A DNA stretch of 64,000 nucleotides from an uncultured Methylomirabilota bacterium (GTDB lineage Bacteria > Methylomirabilota > Methylomirabilia > Methylomirabilales > 2-02-FULL-66-22), in NCBI GenBank assembly GCA_963705305.1, contig OY970067.1, forward strand, positions 1,824,001 to 1,888,000, read 5' to 3'. The translations under genes and the position numbers were made by a program. The notes under the pieces were generated by a model. That model was given only the letters and a program-made list of their open reading frames with translations, was not told where the DNA came from and searched no databases. Each line of letters begins with the position of its first letter. The stretch's first letter is position 1. Shown piece after piece: positions 49,666-59,830 of the stretch.

Positions 49666-52212
49666 GTGTCTCCGGGAGATAAGCATTACGAGAACGAAGT
49701 GCGGGAGGCCATCGAGCGACTACTTTCGACCGGCATCAAAGAATTCACCGAGATTCTCAAAGCCCTCGGCGGAGCCGATCCGAAGCTCGTTCGTCAACTG
49801 CTGGACGAGATTGGGAATCGTCCGATCCTTGAACCTGTTTCATCCATCGATTCGTTTCGAGCCCGACGCCTCACCGCCGCGTTACCGTTGAAACTGCCAG
49901 CCCCCAATCCGATGGTCAGCCAGTGGTGGTTCACACTGGATACGGTATCCTTTCTGTCGAAAGATGTTTGGGAATTCGCCGGACATCAGCCTGCAGCATT
50001 TCTCGGCGCACCATCAGTTGCCTTCCATTACGCGCACTGCTACAACACACCTACAACCGTCCTCGACATCGACCCGGATGTTCTTCGCGCATTGGAACTT
50101 CCCGCTTCCGGAACGAAGCAAATATACGACGCGTCCTGCCCGATCCCGGAGGGTTTAGGGGGGAAACATTCGGTCGTCCTTGTGGATCCTCCCTGGTACA
50201 ACAGGGAGGTCCAACTCTTTATTGCGCGGGCACGGGAACTCCTTTTTCCCCAAGGATTTATCCTTTGCGTGTTGCCTTCTCGCCTAACCAGGGCGGGAGT
50301 TGTGGCTGATCGTAGTGAACTGCTCGCTCGACTTCTTGCCGCTCATTTCGAAATCGCGGCGTTGGACTCAGATTGCGTTGACTCTACTGTGCCAGAATTT
50401 GAATCCTGCGCATACTCCTCCATTCCGGGCTTTACTGGCAAGTCCTGGCGCCGGGGTGATCTGCTAGTACTCCGAGTGTCCGCAGAGTCTACCCTCACGG
50501 CAGGCCCAGTGTCTCCGTTCAGGATCGAGATCTTCTCCAGGGTTCCAGGGCGTCGTCGCTATTTCCTTGCGCCTGATCGGGTGACCGCCAAGATGCCGTC
50601 GTTTGTGGAGCAGGTGGCATCTTTTGAAACCACAGTCAGCATGCGAACGCCATCAATTGAGGCTGTCGCCGTCTGGGGCTCCAACAAGAAGGGTGTTCAG
50701 GTCCGTGACGCTGGGCTTGCGCGGCGCATTCTAGAACTCTGGCAATCAGGTAAGTCGATCAAAGAAGCCCTCAGCACCCTGGAGTCATCAGGGCCCCTCG
50801 ACCGAGAGGTCGAGGTCTTTGCGGGCGCGCTCGGCCTGTGGAGTGACGACGAGCAATCAACGAGGCGGCGTGGACCAGACGAGTTGGAGGCCCAAAGACA
50901 CAATACTCTTTCAGACGTAGCCGCGCATCCTACCGCACGGCAACACGAGTATGAGTCCGACGGGTTTCGCATATCCTTTCAGAGAGACAGGGACCGGATA
51001 TTGTGGTCGCATTCCCTGAGGCGATTGGCAAACAAGACCCAGCTGTTTCCAGTCAGGAGCGACGACCATCTTCGACGCCGGCTTGCGCACACAATCGAGG
51101 TTATGCAACTTGCGACAACCATCGCTGCCGCGTTCGGGCTCGACCATCAATTGACTGAAGCTGGCGCACTGGCTCACGATCTCGGGCACGCACCGTTTGG
51201 GCATGCTGGGGAGCACGCCATTGATGCCGTGCTGAATGAGATAAACCCGCATCTGAACGGATTCAACCACTACGAGCATGGGGTGGACGTGGTCCGGTGG
51301 CTTGAGGACGTTTATCAATCTCCTGGAGCTGGCGGCTTCCCAGGTCTCAATCTGACTTTCGAAGTGATTGAGTGTATTTTCAAACATACCTACTTTCGAG
51401 GGGACGAGAAGTTGGGCCAGCGCTGGCTTTCCACGAGAACAAAGCATGAAGACCTTGCGAATGACTTATCCTGTCATATGGAGGGCCAGGCGGTACGAAT
51501 TGCCGACAAAGTGTCGTATTTCATTTCTGACCTTGAGGACGGCATACGTAACGGCATCATTGATCTTCCGGCTTTGATGGAATGCAAGTTCTTTCATCGG
51601 CCGCCAATTGACCTGATACCGAGCCATCACGAGTCGCTGTACGAACGCTTCATTTCACAGAGAAGGGCTGTTTTAAAGGTCATAATGGAGGATATCCTGA
51701 CAGCCACAGACAGGAGGATCGCGAGGTTCAAGAGCCTCAGTGATCTGCGGTCCGACAATTCGTATGTCGTGGTGTACTCAGACGGCCTGGCAGAAGACAT
51801 ATCGGAGGTATGGCGGAATTTACAGGTTGGCATCTTGCATAGGGATGCGGGCGTGGTCGCGGCGAATAATCGCGCGGCGAAGGTTGTGAGTGATCTCCTC
51901 CTTGTGTATGCCGTTGCGCCGCATCTTGTTGAGGAGCGGTTCAGAAGGATGCATGCACGTTTGCAGGATTCCGACTACATGAAATGGTACGTTGCACAGA
52001 TCGGTCCACACGTAGCACTATCTAAGCGCCGCGTGAGCACGATTGCGTATGAATATGCGATCGGCGGGCAACTGCAGTCTCAGAGCGAGAATTGGCTAAT
52101 CCCGACGAAGGACCTTATCCAGGCGAAGGATTACGTGGCGAGTCTGACAGACACGCGAGCGCTATCTGAACATCGCACTCATTGCGGAACCCTCTGGGAG
52201 TCCGGGGACTAG
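49666..52212 (+). CDS. Fusion of a SAM-dependent methyltransferase-like domain and an HD-family dGTPase
   Basis: N-terminal FLGAPS, VLDID, VDPPW; C-terminal FQRDRDRI, RRLANKTQ, RLAHTIEV, HDLGHAPFGHAGE, ADKVSY..SDLEDG, DYVASLTD. Confidence 0.9.
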   Translation: MSPGDKHYENEVREAIERLLSTGIKEFTEILKALGGADPKLVRQLLDEIGNRPILEPVSSIDSFRARRLTAALPLKLPAPNPMVSQWWFTLDTVSFLSKDVWEFAGHQPAAFLGAPSVAFHYAHCYNTPTTVLDIDPDVLRALELPASGTKQIYDASCPIPEGLGGKHSVVLVDPPWYNREVQLFIARARELLFPQGFILCVLPSRLTRAGVVADRSELLARLLAAHFEIAALDSDCVDSTVPEFESCAYSSIPGFTGKSWRRGDLLVLRVSAESTLTAGPVSPFRIEIFSRVPGRRRYFLAPDRVTAKMPSFVEQVASFETTVSMRTPSIEAVAVWGSNKKGVQVRDAGLARRILELWQSGKSIKEALSTLESSGPLDREVEVFAGALGLWSDDEQSTRRRGPDELEAQRHNTLSDVAAHPTARQHEYESDGFRISFQRDRDRILWSHSLRRLANKTQLFPVRSDDHLRRRLAHTIEVMQLATTIAAAFGLDHQLTEAGALAHDLGHAPFGHAGEHAIDAVLNEINPHLNGFNHYEHGVDVVRWLEDVYQSPGAGGFPGLNLTFEVIECIFKHTYFRGDEKLGQRWLSTRTKHEDLANDLSCHMEGQAVRIADKVSYFISDLEDGIRNGIIDLPALMECKFFHRPPIDLIPSHHESLYERFISQRRAVLKVIMEDILTATDRRIARFKSLSDLRSDNSYVVVYSDGLAEDISEVWRNLQVGILHRDAGVVAANNRAAKVVSDLLLVYAVAPHLVEERFRRMHARLQDSDYMKWYVAQIGPHVALSKRRVSTIAYEYAIGGQLQSQSENWLIPTKDLIQAKDYVASLTDTRALSEHRTHCGTLWESGD

Positions 52213-52326
52213 GAATCAGGTACCGGATAGTATGCCGGGAATACCATGGGACTAAAAAAGGTACCGGACGGTATGCCGTGGATACTCTGGAACTCGCCGG
52301 TGGAAGTCCGGCCCCGGGAGCGGGCA

Positions 52327-54269
52327 GCGCGCCCGGGTAGCTCGAGGGAGGTGCGAGGGGTAACCCAAGGCATCGAGTTCCCTGACGAGCGCGTCCGACG
52401 GACGTGCGCAACCTCGCAGGCCGTAGCGTGCAGCGAACCCAGGGGTAGCCTCGTTAACTTCAGTGAGGGCGTCGACTCCGTTGTCCGGGGAGGAAGACCG
52501 GTGCTTGGGTGACCACCGCGGCTGTCGGGTCATCTGAGGCCCTCCGGGGTAGCAGGGATGGCATGCGGGGACAGCTTCAGAGGGCACCACGGGAGAGCCT
52601 GGCCAGTGGCCCACAGGAGGCCAACCGGGGCGTATAAGGCACCGCCGAAGTCGCCGCCGGGCTGCCCAGGCAGTCGGAGCGGCCCACAGTACCGCCAGCA
52701 CCCGACGGACAACACAACCGTTGGGGAGGGAAGGGGCCGTGCTCTCACCACGCTTCCCACGGCGGGACGCGAGGAGGATTGCTGTGAGGCTTGAACCTCC
52801 AGAAGCAGTGCGCACCCTCCAGCGGAAGCTTTACTGCAAGGCCAAGTCGGAGCCCACCTTCCGGTTCTACCTCCTCTACGACAAGGTCTATCGGGCGGAC
52901 CTCCTGGGTCACGCCTGGGCCTTGGTGCGCGCGAACGGGGGCGCCGCCGGTGTGGATGGCGTCACCATCGCCGCCGTCGAGGCGGACGGGGTCGGTCCGT
53001 TCCTCGCGCGTCTGGCCGAGGAACTCCGGACGCACACCTACCGAACCGATCCCATCCGGCGTGTAATGATCCCCAAGCGGAAGGGCGGGGAGCGGCCCCT
53101 CGGCATCCCCACCGTGCGGGACCGAGTAGTCCAAGCGGCCACCGTCTTGGTCCTGGAGCCGATCTTCGAGGCGGACTTCCAGCCGTGCTCCTACGGCTTC
53201 CGGCCGAAGAAGGACGCGCACCAGGCCCTGGCGGAGATCTCCCGCACGCTCGCGCAGGGCTACACGCAGGTGCTCGACGCCGACCTCACGGCCTACTTCG
53301 ACTCGATTCCGCACGGCCAACTCCTGGCGGCGGTGGCGCGCCGCGTGACGGACCGGGCCATCCTCCGGCTCTGCACGCAGTGGCTTCGCGCCCCGGTGGT
53401 GGTCGAGCGGGACGACGGGAAGCGGGAGACGCGAGGCGGCAAGCGGACTCGCCGCGGGACGCCACAGGGTGGGGTGATCTCCCCGCTGCTCGCGAACGTG
53501 TACCTCCACGCCTTCGATAGGGCGTGGCGAGCGGGCGGGCTGGAGCGTCGCTGGCAGGCCCGGCTCATCCGGTACGCCGATGACTTCGTGGTGTGCTGTC
53601 GGGCGAAGGCGGCCCAGGTGCAGGCGGTCGTGGCGGAGCAGCTCCAGGCGCTCGGGCTGACGCTGAATCCGGCGAAGACCCGATGCCTGGATGCGCACCA
53701 GCAGGCCTTCACCTTCCTCGGGTTCACGGTGCGGCTCGTGCGGAGCCCACGGACAGGGCGCCTGTTTCCTCTGATCCGTCCCTCCGCCGCTGCCCGCCAG
53801 CAGCTCCGGGACCGGGTAAAGGCCCTCACCGGCCGCGACCACCTGGCGCTGCCGACCCCGACGCTCATCACGGCGGTCAATCAGGTCGTCCGCGGATGGG
53901 CGGGGTACTTCCATTTCCAACACTGCACGCGCGACTTCAGCGCTCTACGGTGGTTCATCGAGGAACGGGTCCGGACGTACCTGCGGCGCAAGCACCGCCA
54001 TCGGACGCGAGCGTACCAGGCGCTCCCGTGCACTGTGCTCTACGGGCGTCTGGGGCTCTACCGGTTGCCCGTGCGGGCGCCCTGGACCCCTCCGACGCAT
54101 GCCGGGCGGTGAAGGTGACCGGAGAGCCGGATGCGGGCAAACCGCACGTCCGGTTCGATGAGGGGGCGCTGGGGCTCGAGCAGGGTCGGGCTCGTGAGGC
54201 ACCGCCAGACGAAAGGGGCGGGAACAGCTAGGCGCGACCTACCCTCGAATAGCCAGTGCTCTACTCTAC
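52327..54269 (+). mobile_element. Group II intron (5' end uncertain)
   Basis: GCGCG start; domain V GAGCCGGATGCGGGCAAACCGCACGTCCGGTTC at 54124-56; domain VI ending CTCTAC; RT ORF. Confidence 0.9.
52784..54112 (+). CDS. ltrA: Group II intron reverse transcriptase/maturase without an endonuclease domain
   Basis: GAAGVDG, RPLGIP..RDR, SYGFRP, GTPQGGVISPLLAN, RYADD, FLGF, domain X RGWAGYF. Confidence 0.95.
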   Translation: MRLEPPEAVRTLQRKLYCKAKSEPTFRFYLLYDKVYRADLLGHAWALVRANGGAAGVDGVTIAAVEADGVGPFLARLAEELRTHTYRTDPIRRVMIPKRKGGERPLGIPTVRDRVVQAATVLVLEPIFEADFQPCSYGFRPKKDAHQALAEISRTLAQGYTQVLDADLTAYFDSIPHGQLLAAVARRVTDRAILRLCTQWLRAPVVVERDDGKRETRGGKRTRRGTPQGGVISPLLANVYLHAFDRAWRAGGLERRWQARLIRYADDFVVCCRAKAAQVQAVVAEQLQALGLTLNPAKTRCLDAHQQAFTFLGFTVRLVRSPRTGRLFPLIRPSAAARQQLRDRVKALTGRDHLALPTPTLITAVNQVVRGWAGYFHFQHCTRDFSALRWFIEERVRTYLRRKHRHRTRAYQALPCTVLYGRLGLYRLPVRAPWTPPTHAGR

Positions 54270-55261
54270 CCCTTTGGTCGCTAACTGCTTGAATTCCTTG
54301 AGAGGCGGTTTCGATTCTTGGCAGATTGTGGGTCTGGCGAGGACGGTGAAGAGGGATCGGACAGCATGCCGTGGATACGCTGGAACTCGCCGGTGGAAGT
54401 CCGGCCTCGGGAGTGGGCGTGCTCCCCGCGCCGCCCAGTTCCTGGGGGACGTTGTTGACTCAGTGGACTTGCCGACTGAGCGGAGGCGCCGAAAACTGCT
54501 GTCGGCCGTGCTTCGCATAATCAGGTGAGGGCTATCCCAAGCTCCTGAAGGCTCCCGATGACGCGCAGGCAGTTCTCGACGAGCTGGAACGCCTCACGGT
54601 GGTGGCACTGGCCGGGGAGGGGCGCTGTCTCCTGGGGCACCCGGGCAATAATTCCAGGGGACGTTGTTGACTCAGTGGACTTGCCCATCGAGGAAAAAGA
54701 TACCGACGCGATGCCAGTTCCTTGGACCTGGCGTCTCAGGGACGCTGGTCATGAGGCGCGGAGAGAGCCAGGCAGGTACGAATGTGGGTCTGTAAAAAGG
54801 GTACTGGACACTTTTGGGTCGCTAATTGCTTGAATTCCTTGAGGAGCGGCTTCAATTCTTGACCAAGGATGTGTTTGGCGAGGACGTTGAAAAGGGTGCC
54901 GGACAGCGTGCCGCAATTACGGGACGATGCTGCTTTACTTGTATTACGGTCTAATTTCCCAGGCCGGCGCCTCGGGCCGCGCCGCCCGGGCGGGGATCGC
55001 CTATATCTGAGTGGAGCGCCTCGGTCATCCCTGGCGGCCCCTCGCCGCGGTCTTGGGGATCTGCCGCGCCATGGCCTACCTGGGGGTGCGGGGCGGTGCA
55101 GAGGTTGGAGCGGAATCGCCCCCCGTGTCGCCAGGGCAAGGCGACGTAGATTGCAATGTCCCGCACTTCATCCGGAGAATGCCGGAGATACAGAACCCGC
55201 GGTCCAGAGGAGAAGGCTCGCCTGAGCTCGCAAGATAAGGCTGCAGGTGTGAGGGAGTGAA

Positions 55262-56221
55262 ATGGCCAAAATCTTTGGTGGCAGGTGGAAGGTCAGGGAG
55301 GACTTAGAGACCGGCGGACAAGCGCATGTATATATCGTCCAGGATTCACGTGGAGAGGGGAGCGATCTGTACGTCCTAAAAAGATTGAAGAACCATAATC
55401 GGCTCAGCCGATTTGAGAAAGAAGTAAAAGCCGGAATGAAGCTCAAGCATCCCGGAATTGCGCCGATCGTGGCTTACTCGCTTTCCGAGCCATCGTACTA
55501 CGTCACGAATTACTATCGAGGCGGAACACTGACGAAAAGAGTTGAGGCTGGCGTGATGGCATCGCTTGATGCGCTTGTCCTTTTCGTTGAATTGTGCCAG
55601 ATCGTCCACTATGCACACTCGCAGGGGATCTTTCATCGAGACTTGAAGCCGGACAACATCGTTTTCGACGAAGATGATAACCCTATTATTATAGACTTTG
55701 GTCTGTGCTATTTCACGGATGAGGATAACCGACTGACGGAAACAATGGAGCAGGTAGGGTCCCGATTCTACATGGCTCCGGAAATGGAGAGGGGACGGTT
55801 GACAGAGGTGACTTCGGCGGTCGACTCATACTCACTCGGGAAGGTGCTTTATTTCATGCTAACCGGAAGGCACATTGCCAGAGAGGCATTCGCAGATCTT
55901 TCCGCCATCACTAGTGCTGCTCAATTGGAGTATGTGTCGGAGAGGATCCTAGCGCAGACCATAGTCGAAGATCCCGCCCGAAGACTTACGCCCGAGAAAT
56001 TAATCCCCATTGTTGAGACTGTATACAGGCTGATCGCAGAGCACTTCTATCCCGGCATTCAAGGTTCTTTATGCAGGTATTGCGGTGAAGGGACATATGG
56101 GCAAGGGATTGAGACGGTAATGCGCTTGCACGAGCCCGGGGTTGAACACTCGGTGACGTTCGATGCTTACATCTGTGGAAGATGCGGAAATGTCCAGTGG
56201 TTCCGACGGCAGAGGGGGTAG
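55262..56221 (+). CDS. Hanks-type Ser/Thr protein kinase with C-terminal Zn ribbon
   Basis: GGQAHVY, VLK, HRDLKPDN, DFG, YMAPE; CRYC...CGRC. Confidence 0.93.
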   Translation: MAKIFGGRWKVREDLETGGQAHVYIVQDSRGEGSDLYVLKRLKNHNRLSRFEKEVKAGMKLKHPGIAPIVAYSLSEPSYYVTNYYRGGTLTKRVEAGVMASLDALVLFVELCQIVHYAHSQGIFHRDLKPDNIVFDEDDNPIIIDFGLCYFTDEDNRLTETMEQVGSRFYMAPEMERGRLTEVTSAVDSYSLGKVLYFMLTGRHIAREAFADLSAITSAAQLEYVSERILAQTIVEDPARRLTPEKLIPIVETVYRLIAEHFYPGIQGSLCRYCGEGTYGQGIETVMRLHEPGVEHSVTFDAYICGRCGNVQWFRRQRG

Positions 56222-56477
56222 GGAGGAACGGAGTAATGCTGTGAATGGAACTGGACAGTATGCCGTGGATACTCTGGAACTCGCCGGTGGAAGTCCGGCC
56301 CCGGGAGCGGACTTCGTCGTGAGCCCAGCCGAATAGCAACGCGCGGTGGGCCATCCGGCCTTCATGGCATCCTATGCCGCCCGACGGCGGGTTCGGCGAA
56401 GAATGGGAGCCATACCCTCTTTAAATCACGAGGCTACGCCATATATGGTGCGCGTACCTTTTTTGCGGGAGCTAATC

Positions 56478-57977
56478 ATGCTTAATGAACAACAACGCCA
56501 GCGGGCATTGACGGCACTGCATCAATACCAAGAAGCGCGGAACCTTGTGCAAGAGGATGAGACGCTGGACCAACAACGCATGGCGCTGATCGAGAGCGAT
56601 TTAAGGCCGTTAGTTCAGTCCTACCTTGGAGGTGCCACCGAACTGTCTGAATTCAAATCGAGAATTGACAGCCTAAACAAGCTTAATCCTTTTTGGGGCT
56701 TCAAGGGTATCAAGGGCCAAATGTTCTTTAACATGGTGGTGAACGTAGCCGATAACCCGAAAGAATGCGATCAGGAAATCAAGTCTGCGGTTGCCCTGCC
56801 CACTAACGAGCAGATTGCCTCCAGTCGCATAAAAACCTTTGCCAGCTACGTGCAGCGACTTGGCGAGCAATGGGTGAGTGCTGGCAATACCCGATATGGT
56901 TGCCCGAAGCTCGGCAGTATCCCCTTTTTCCTCTCCTACTTCTGGCAGATCCAGAATCGCGACACCTGGCCCGTGTACTACACTAATACAAACGCATTTT
57001 TTATTGATGATACACGCTCCGGCTTAGCGTTCGTATCTGCGGCCTTCCACGCGGAGCGGGAAAGGCCCCTGACAGGCAATGGGCCGGGGCCACGTAACAG
57101 GAATTCATGCGTTTGTATTAGCAGTATCAATGCCATGGTAGACCTGAACCTTTGGCAACCCTCTGGTGAAATGGCCGAGGACTACTTGGCGTACAAGCGA
57201 CTGCATGAAGATTTGGGCCGGCTATTTGCCTCGGAGACCGGCCGTGGCTTTCAGCTCTACGATGTCGAGCACGTTTTCTGGTTCAAAGCCGGTAATCCGT
57301 ACGGGGCTGCACGGGCCGAAGAAGGGCGCGCTGCCAGCCACGACCTTGGAGCGCAGGCAAGCACAGGCGCGACCGATGACTCGAGTCGACTTCCTGAAAG
57401 CTATGTTCCGTCAATCGTGGCCATTCTTCCGCGCATCGCGCGGCATGAAGCTGGTCTTGAAGACCTCGCCAGGCAATCGGGCACAACCCTGGAGCGTGCG
57501 TTCGAGAAGTATATCGATGCGGCGTTGACCATGCTTGGCTATGAGACGAAGTTGCTGGGGCAGGGTCAAGGGCGCGTTCCGGACGGAGTAGCCGTGGCCT
57601 TGGACGACAGCTATGCGATTCTGTGGGACGGCAAGATTCGCCGCGGCGGGTACAGCATGGGGACGGATGATCGCACGATCCGCGAGTACATCTCGACTCA
57701 AAGCCGGGAACTGAAGCGGCGACGCTCGCTCAGGAATATCTACTATGTTGTCATCTCGAGCACATTTGTCGATGATTTCGACGAGTCTATTAGGTCTATT
57801 AAGATGGAAACCGACGTAAACGAGGTTGTATTGGTCGAAGCGGATGCCTTGGTTGCCATGGTCGATGCGAAACTGCGATCGCCTCTTCAAATATCTCTTG
57901 GCCCTGACGGCCTGTAGCGGCTATTCAGTTCAAGTGGAATTGTCAGCGCAAGTACCGTTATTGAGCAGTTGGTCTAG
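56478..57977 (+). pseudogene. Restriction endonuclease-like PD-(D/E)XK protein with an in-frame MITE and a probable premature TAG at 57915
   Basis: AFEK...LGY...VPDG...LWDGK motif; frame stays open after the TAG (RLFSSSGIV...) to 57977. Confidence 0.65.
56986..57118. mobile_element. MITE, 133 bp, TA duplication (IS630/Tc1-like)
   Basis: IR ATACAAACGCAT / ATGCGTTTGTAT; TA at 56984-85 and 57119-20. Confidence 0.85.
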
Positions 57978-58226
57978 GCCGATCTAGGTCGTAAATCGCG
58001 CGGGGGGGGCGAAAGCAGGAGAGGTGCGCAATAAAAGTACCGGACAGCGTGCCGTGGATACCCTGGAACTCGCCGATGGAAGTCCGGCCTTGGGAGCGGG
58101 CTTCGTCGTGAGCTCAGCCGAACGGCAGCGCGCCTGGGCAATCCACCCCTTCTGGCATCCTATGTTCCCCGGCGGCGGGGTCGGTCAAGAATTGAAACCT
58201 TGCCCTCGTCAAGTCACGAGGTGACG

Positions 58227-59746
58227 CCCTAATCTCCGGCTAAGAAGTTGAGGGGGATCGCGAATCACGCAGCGGCCCGCAGTGCGCGCGGCCCGCGGGG
58301 TTGGCATCGGCCTTGCTTGGTTTCACCCAGTGGGTGCAAACACCACAAGGAGGAGAGCGATGCCCGACACCTCGCCCCGGTTGCCGTTCGAGATCGATGA
58401 CGCGATCGACCCCACGCTGGTCACGGGCCGGGCCGGGGTCCCGCTCGTGATCGAGCTGTTCCGCCAGCTCGGGGTGGCCCAGGCCGTCGACACCCACGTT
58501 GCGGTCAAGCAGCGGCAGCGCGGATTACCCCCCTCGCAGCTCGTGGAGAGTCTCGTCGCGTTGTGGACGAGCGGCGGGGACCGCTGCCAGGACCTCACGA
58601 CGCTCCGGGAGGATCAGGCCCTGGCCACGCTGCTCGGCTACCCCCTGCCGGCCGCGACCACGGTCCGGGACTTCCTCGAGGCCTTCCACGTGGAGGACGG
58701 GCCGCTCTGGGTGGCCGGGCCCGCGGCCACGGTCCCCCTGGAGTCCGCCCCCTTGGCGGGCCTCGGACAGGCGAACCGGACGCTGGTCGCGGGCGTCCAG
58801 CGCGGGGCCCGGGCGGCGACGGCCACCCTGGATGTGGACGCGACGCTCGTCGAGAGCCACAAGGACGCGGCGACCGTGGCCTACGACGGGACCCGGGGCT
58901 ACCAGCCCGTCGTGGTCCTCTGGGCCGAGCACGATGTCATCGTGCACGACCAGTTCCGCGATGGCCAGGTGCCCGCCGGGTGCGGCAACGTGCGCGTCCT
59001 CGAACAGGCGGTGGCCAACTTGCCCCAGGGCGTGGACCGCATCTCCCTGCGGGCCGACAGCGCCCTCTACGAGACGGAGGTCCTCCGCTGGTGCGAGGAG
59101 AAGAAAATCGCCTACGCGATTAGCGCCGATATGTCCGCGCAGCTCCAGGCCGAGATCCGGCGCCTCCCCGCGGCCGCCTGGCAGCTCGAGCGGGAGGAGC
59201 CCGAGGCGATCCGGGCCTGGGCCGAAGTCCCCTACGTCCCCGAGGATGGCGATCACCGGAAGGCGCGGCCGTGCGTTCGCCGCTACCTCGCGGTGCGTAT
59301 CCAGCGACGCCAGGGGAGCCTCTTCGCCGACGGGAGTAGCGTGCAGTACTTCGCCGTGGTCACCAATCGGCCGGAGGATGGGCTCACGATCCTCCGGTGG
59401 CACCGGGAGAAAGCAGGGACCATCGAGCACACCCATCACGTCCTCAAGACCGAGCTGGCGGCCGCCGCGCTGCCCAGTGGGAAGTTCGGGGCGAACGCCG
59501 CCTGGTTCCGGCTGAACGTGCTCACCTACAACCTGCTCACCGCGCTCAAGCGGTTGACCTTACCCGGAGATCTCCGGACCGCCCGGCCGAAGCGTCTCCG
59601 GTTCCTGCTGTTCAACACCGTCGGGAAGGTCGTCGCGCATGCCCGACGGACGCTCTTGCGGCTCTCGGGCGCCCTGCAGCACGCCTTGCTCGTCCGGGCG
59701 CGGCGCAAGATCGCCCGGCTGGCCACCGCTTAGCCGGAGATTAGGG
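58227..59746 (+). mobile_element. IS1380-family insertion sequence (transposase 58360-59733)
   Basis: Perfect IR CCCTAATCTCCGGCTAAG; TLDVDAT, LRADSA, IEH..HVLK, PSGKFGANAAW; no TSD seen. Confidence 0.93.
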
Positions 59747-59830
59747 TTAGGCACCAAATGGTGTCCGGTACCTTTTTCGTACCTTTTTTAGGGCTTGCGA
59801 GCCCGCGAATGGGCAGAAGGAGGATGGGAC

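Noticed and set aside
52784..54112. Reverse transcriptase as a retron, DGR or defence RT
   Set aside because: YADD plus domain X and directly following domains V and VI identify a group II intron; no template/variable repeat pair seen
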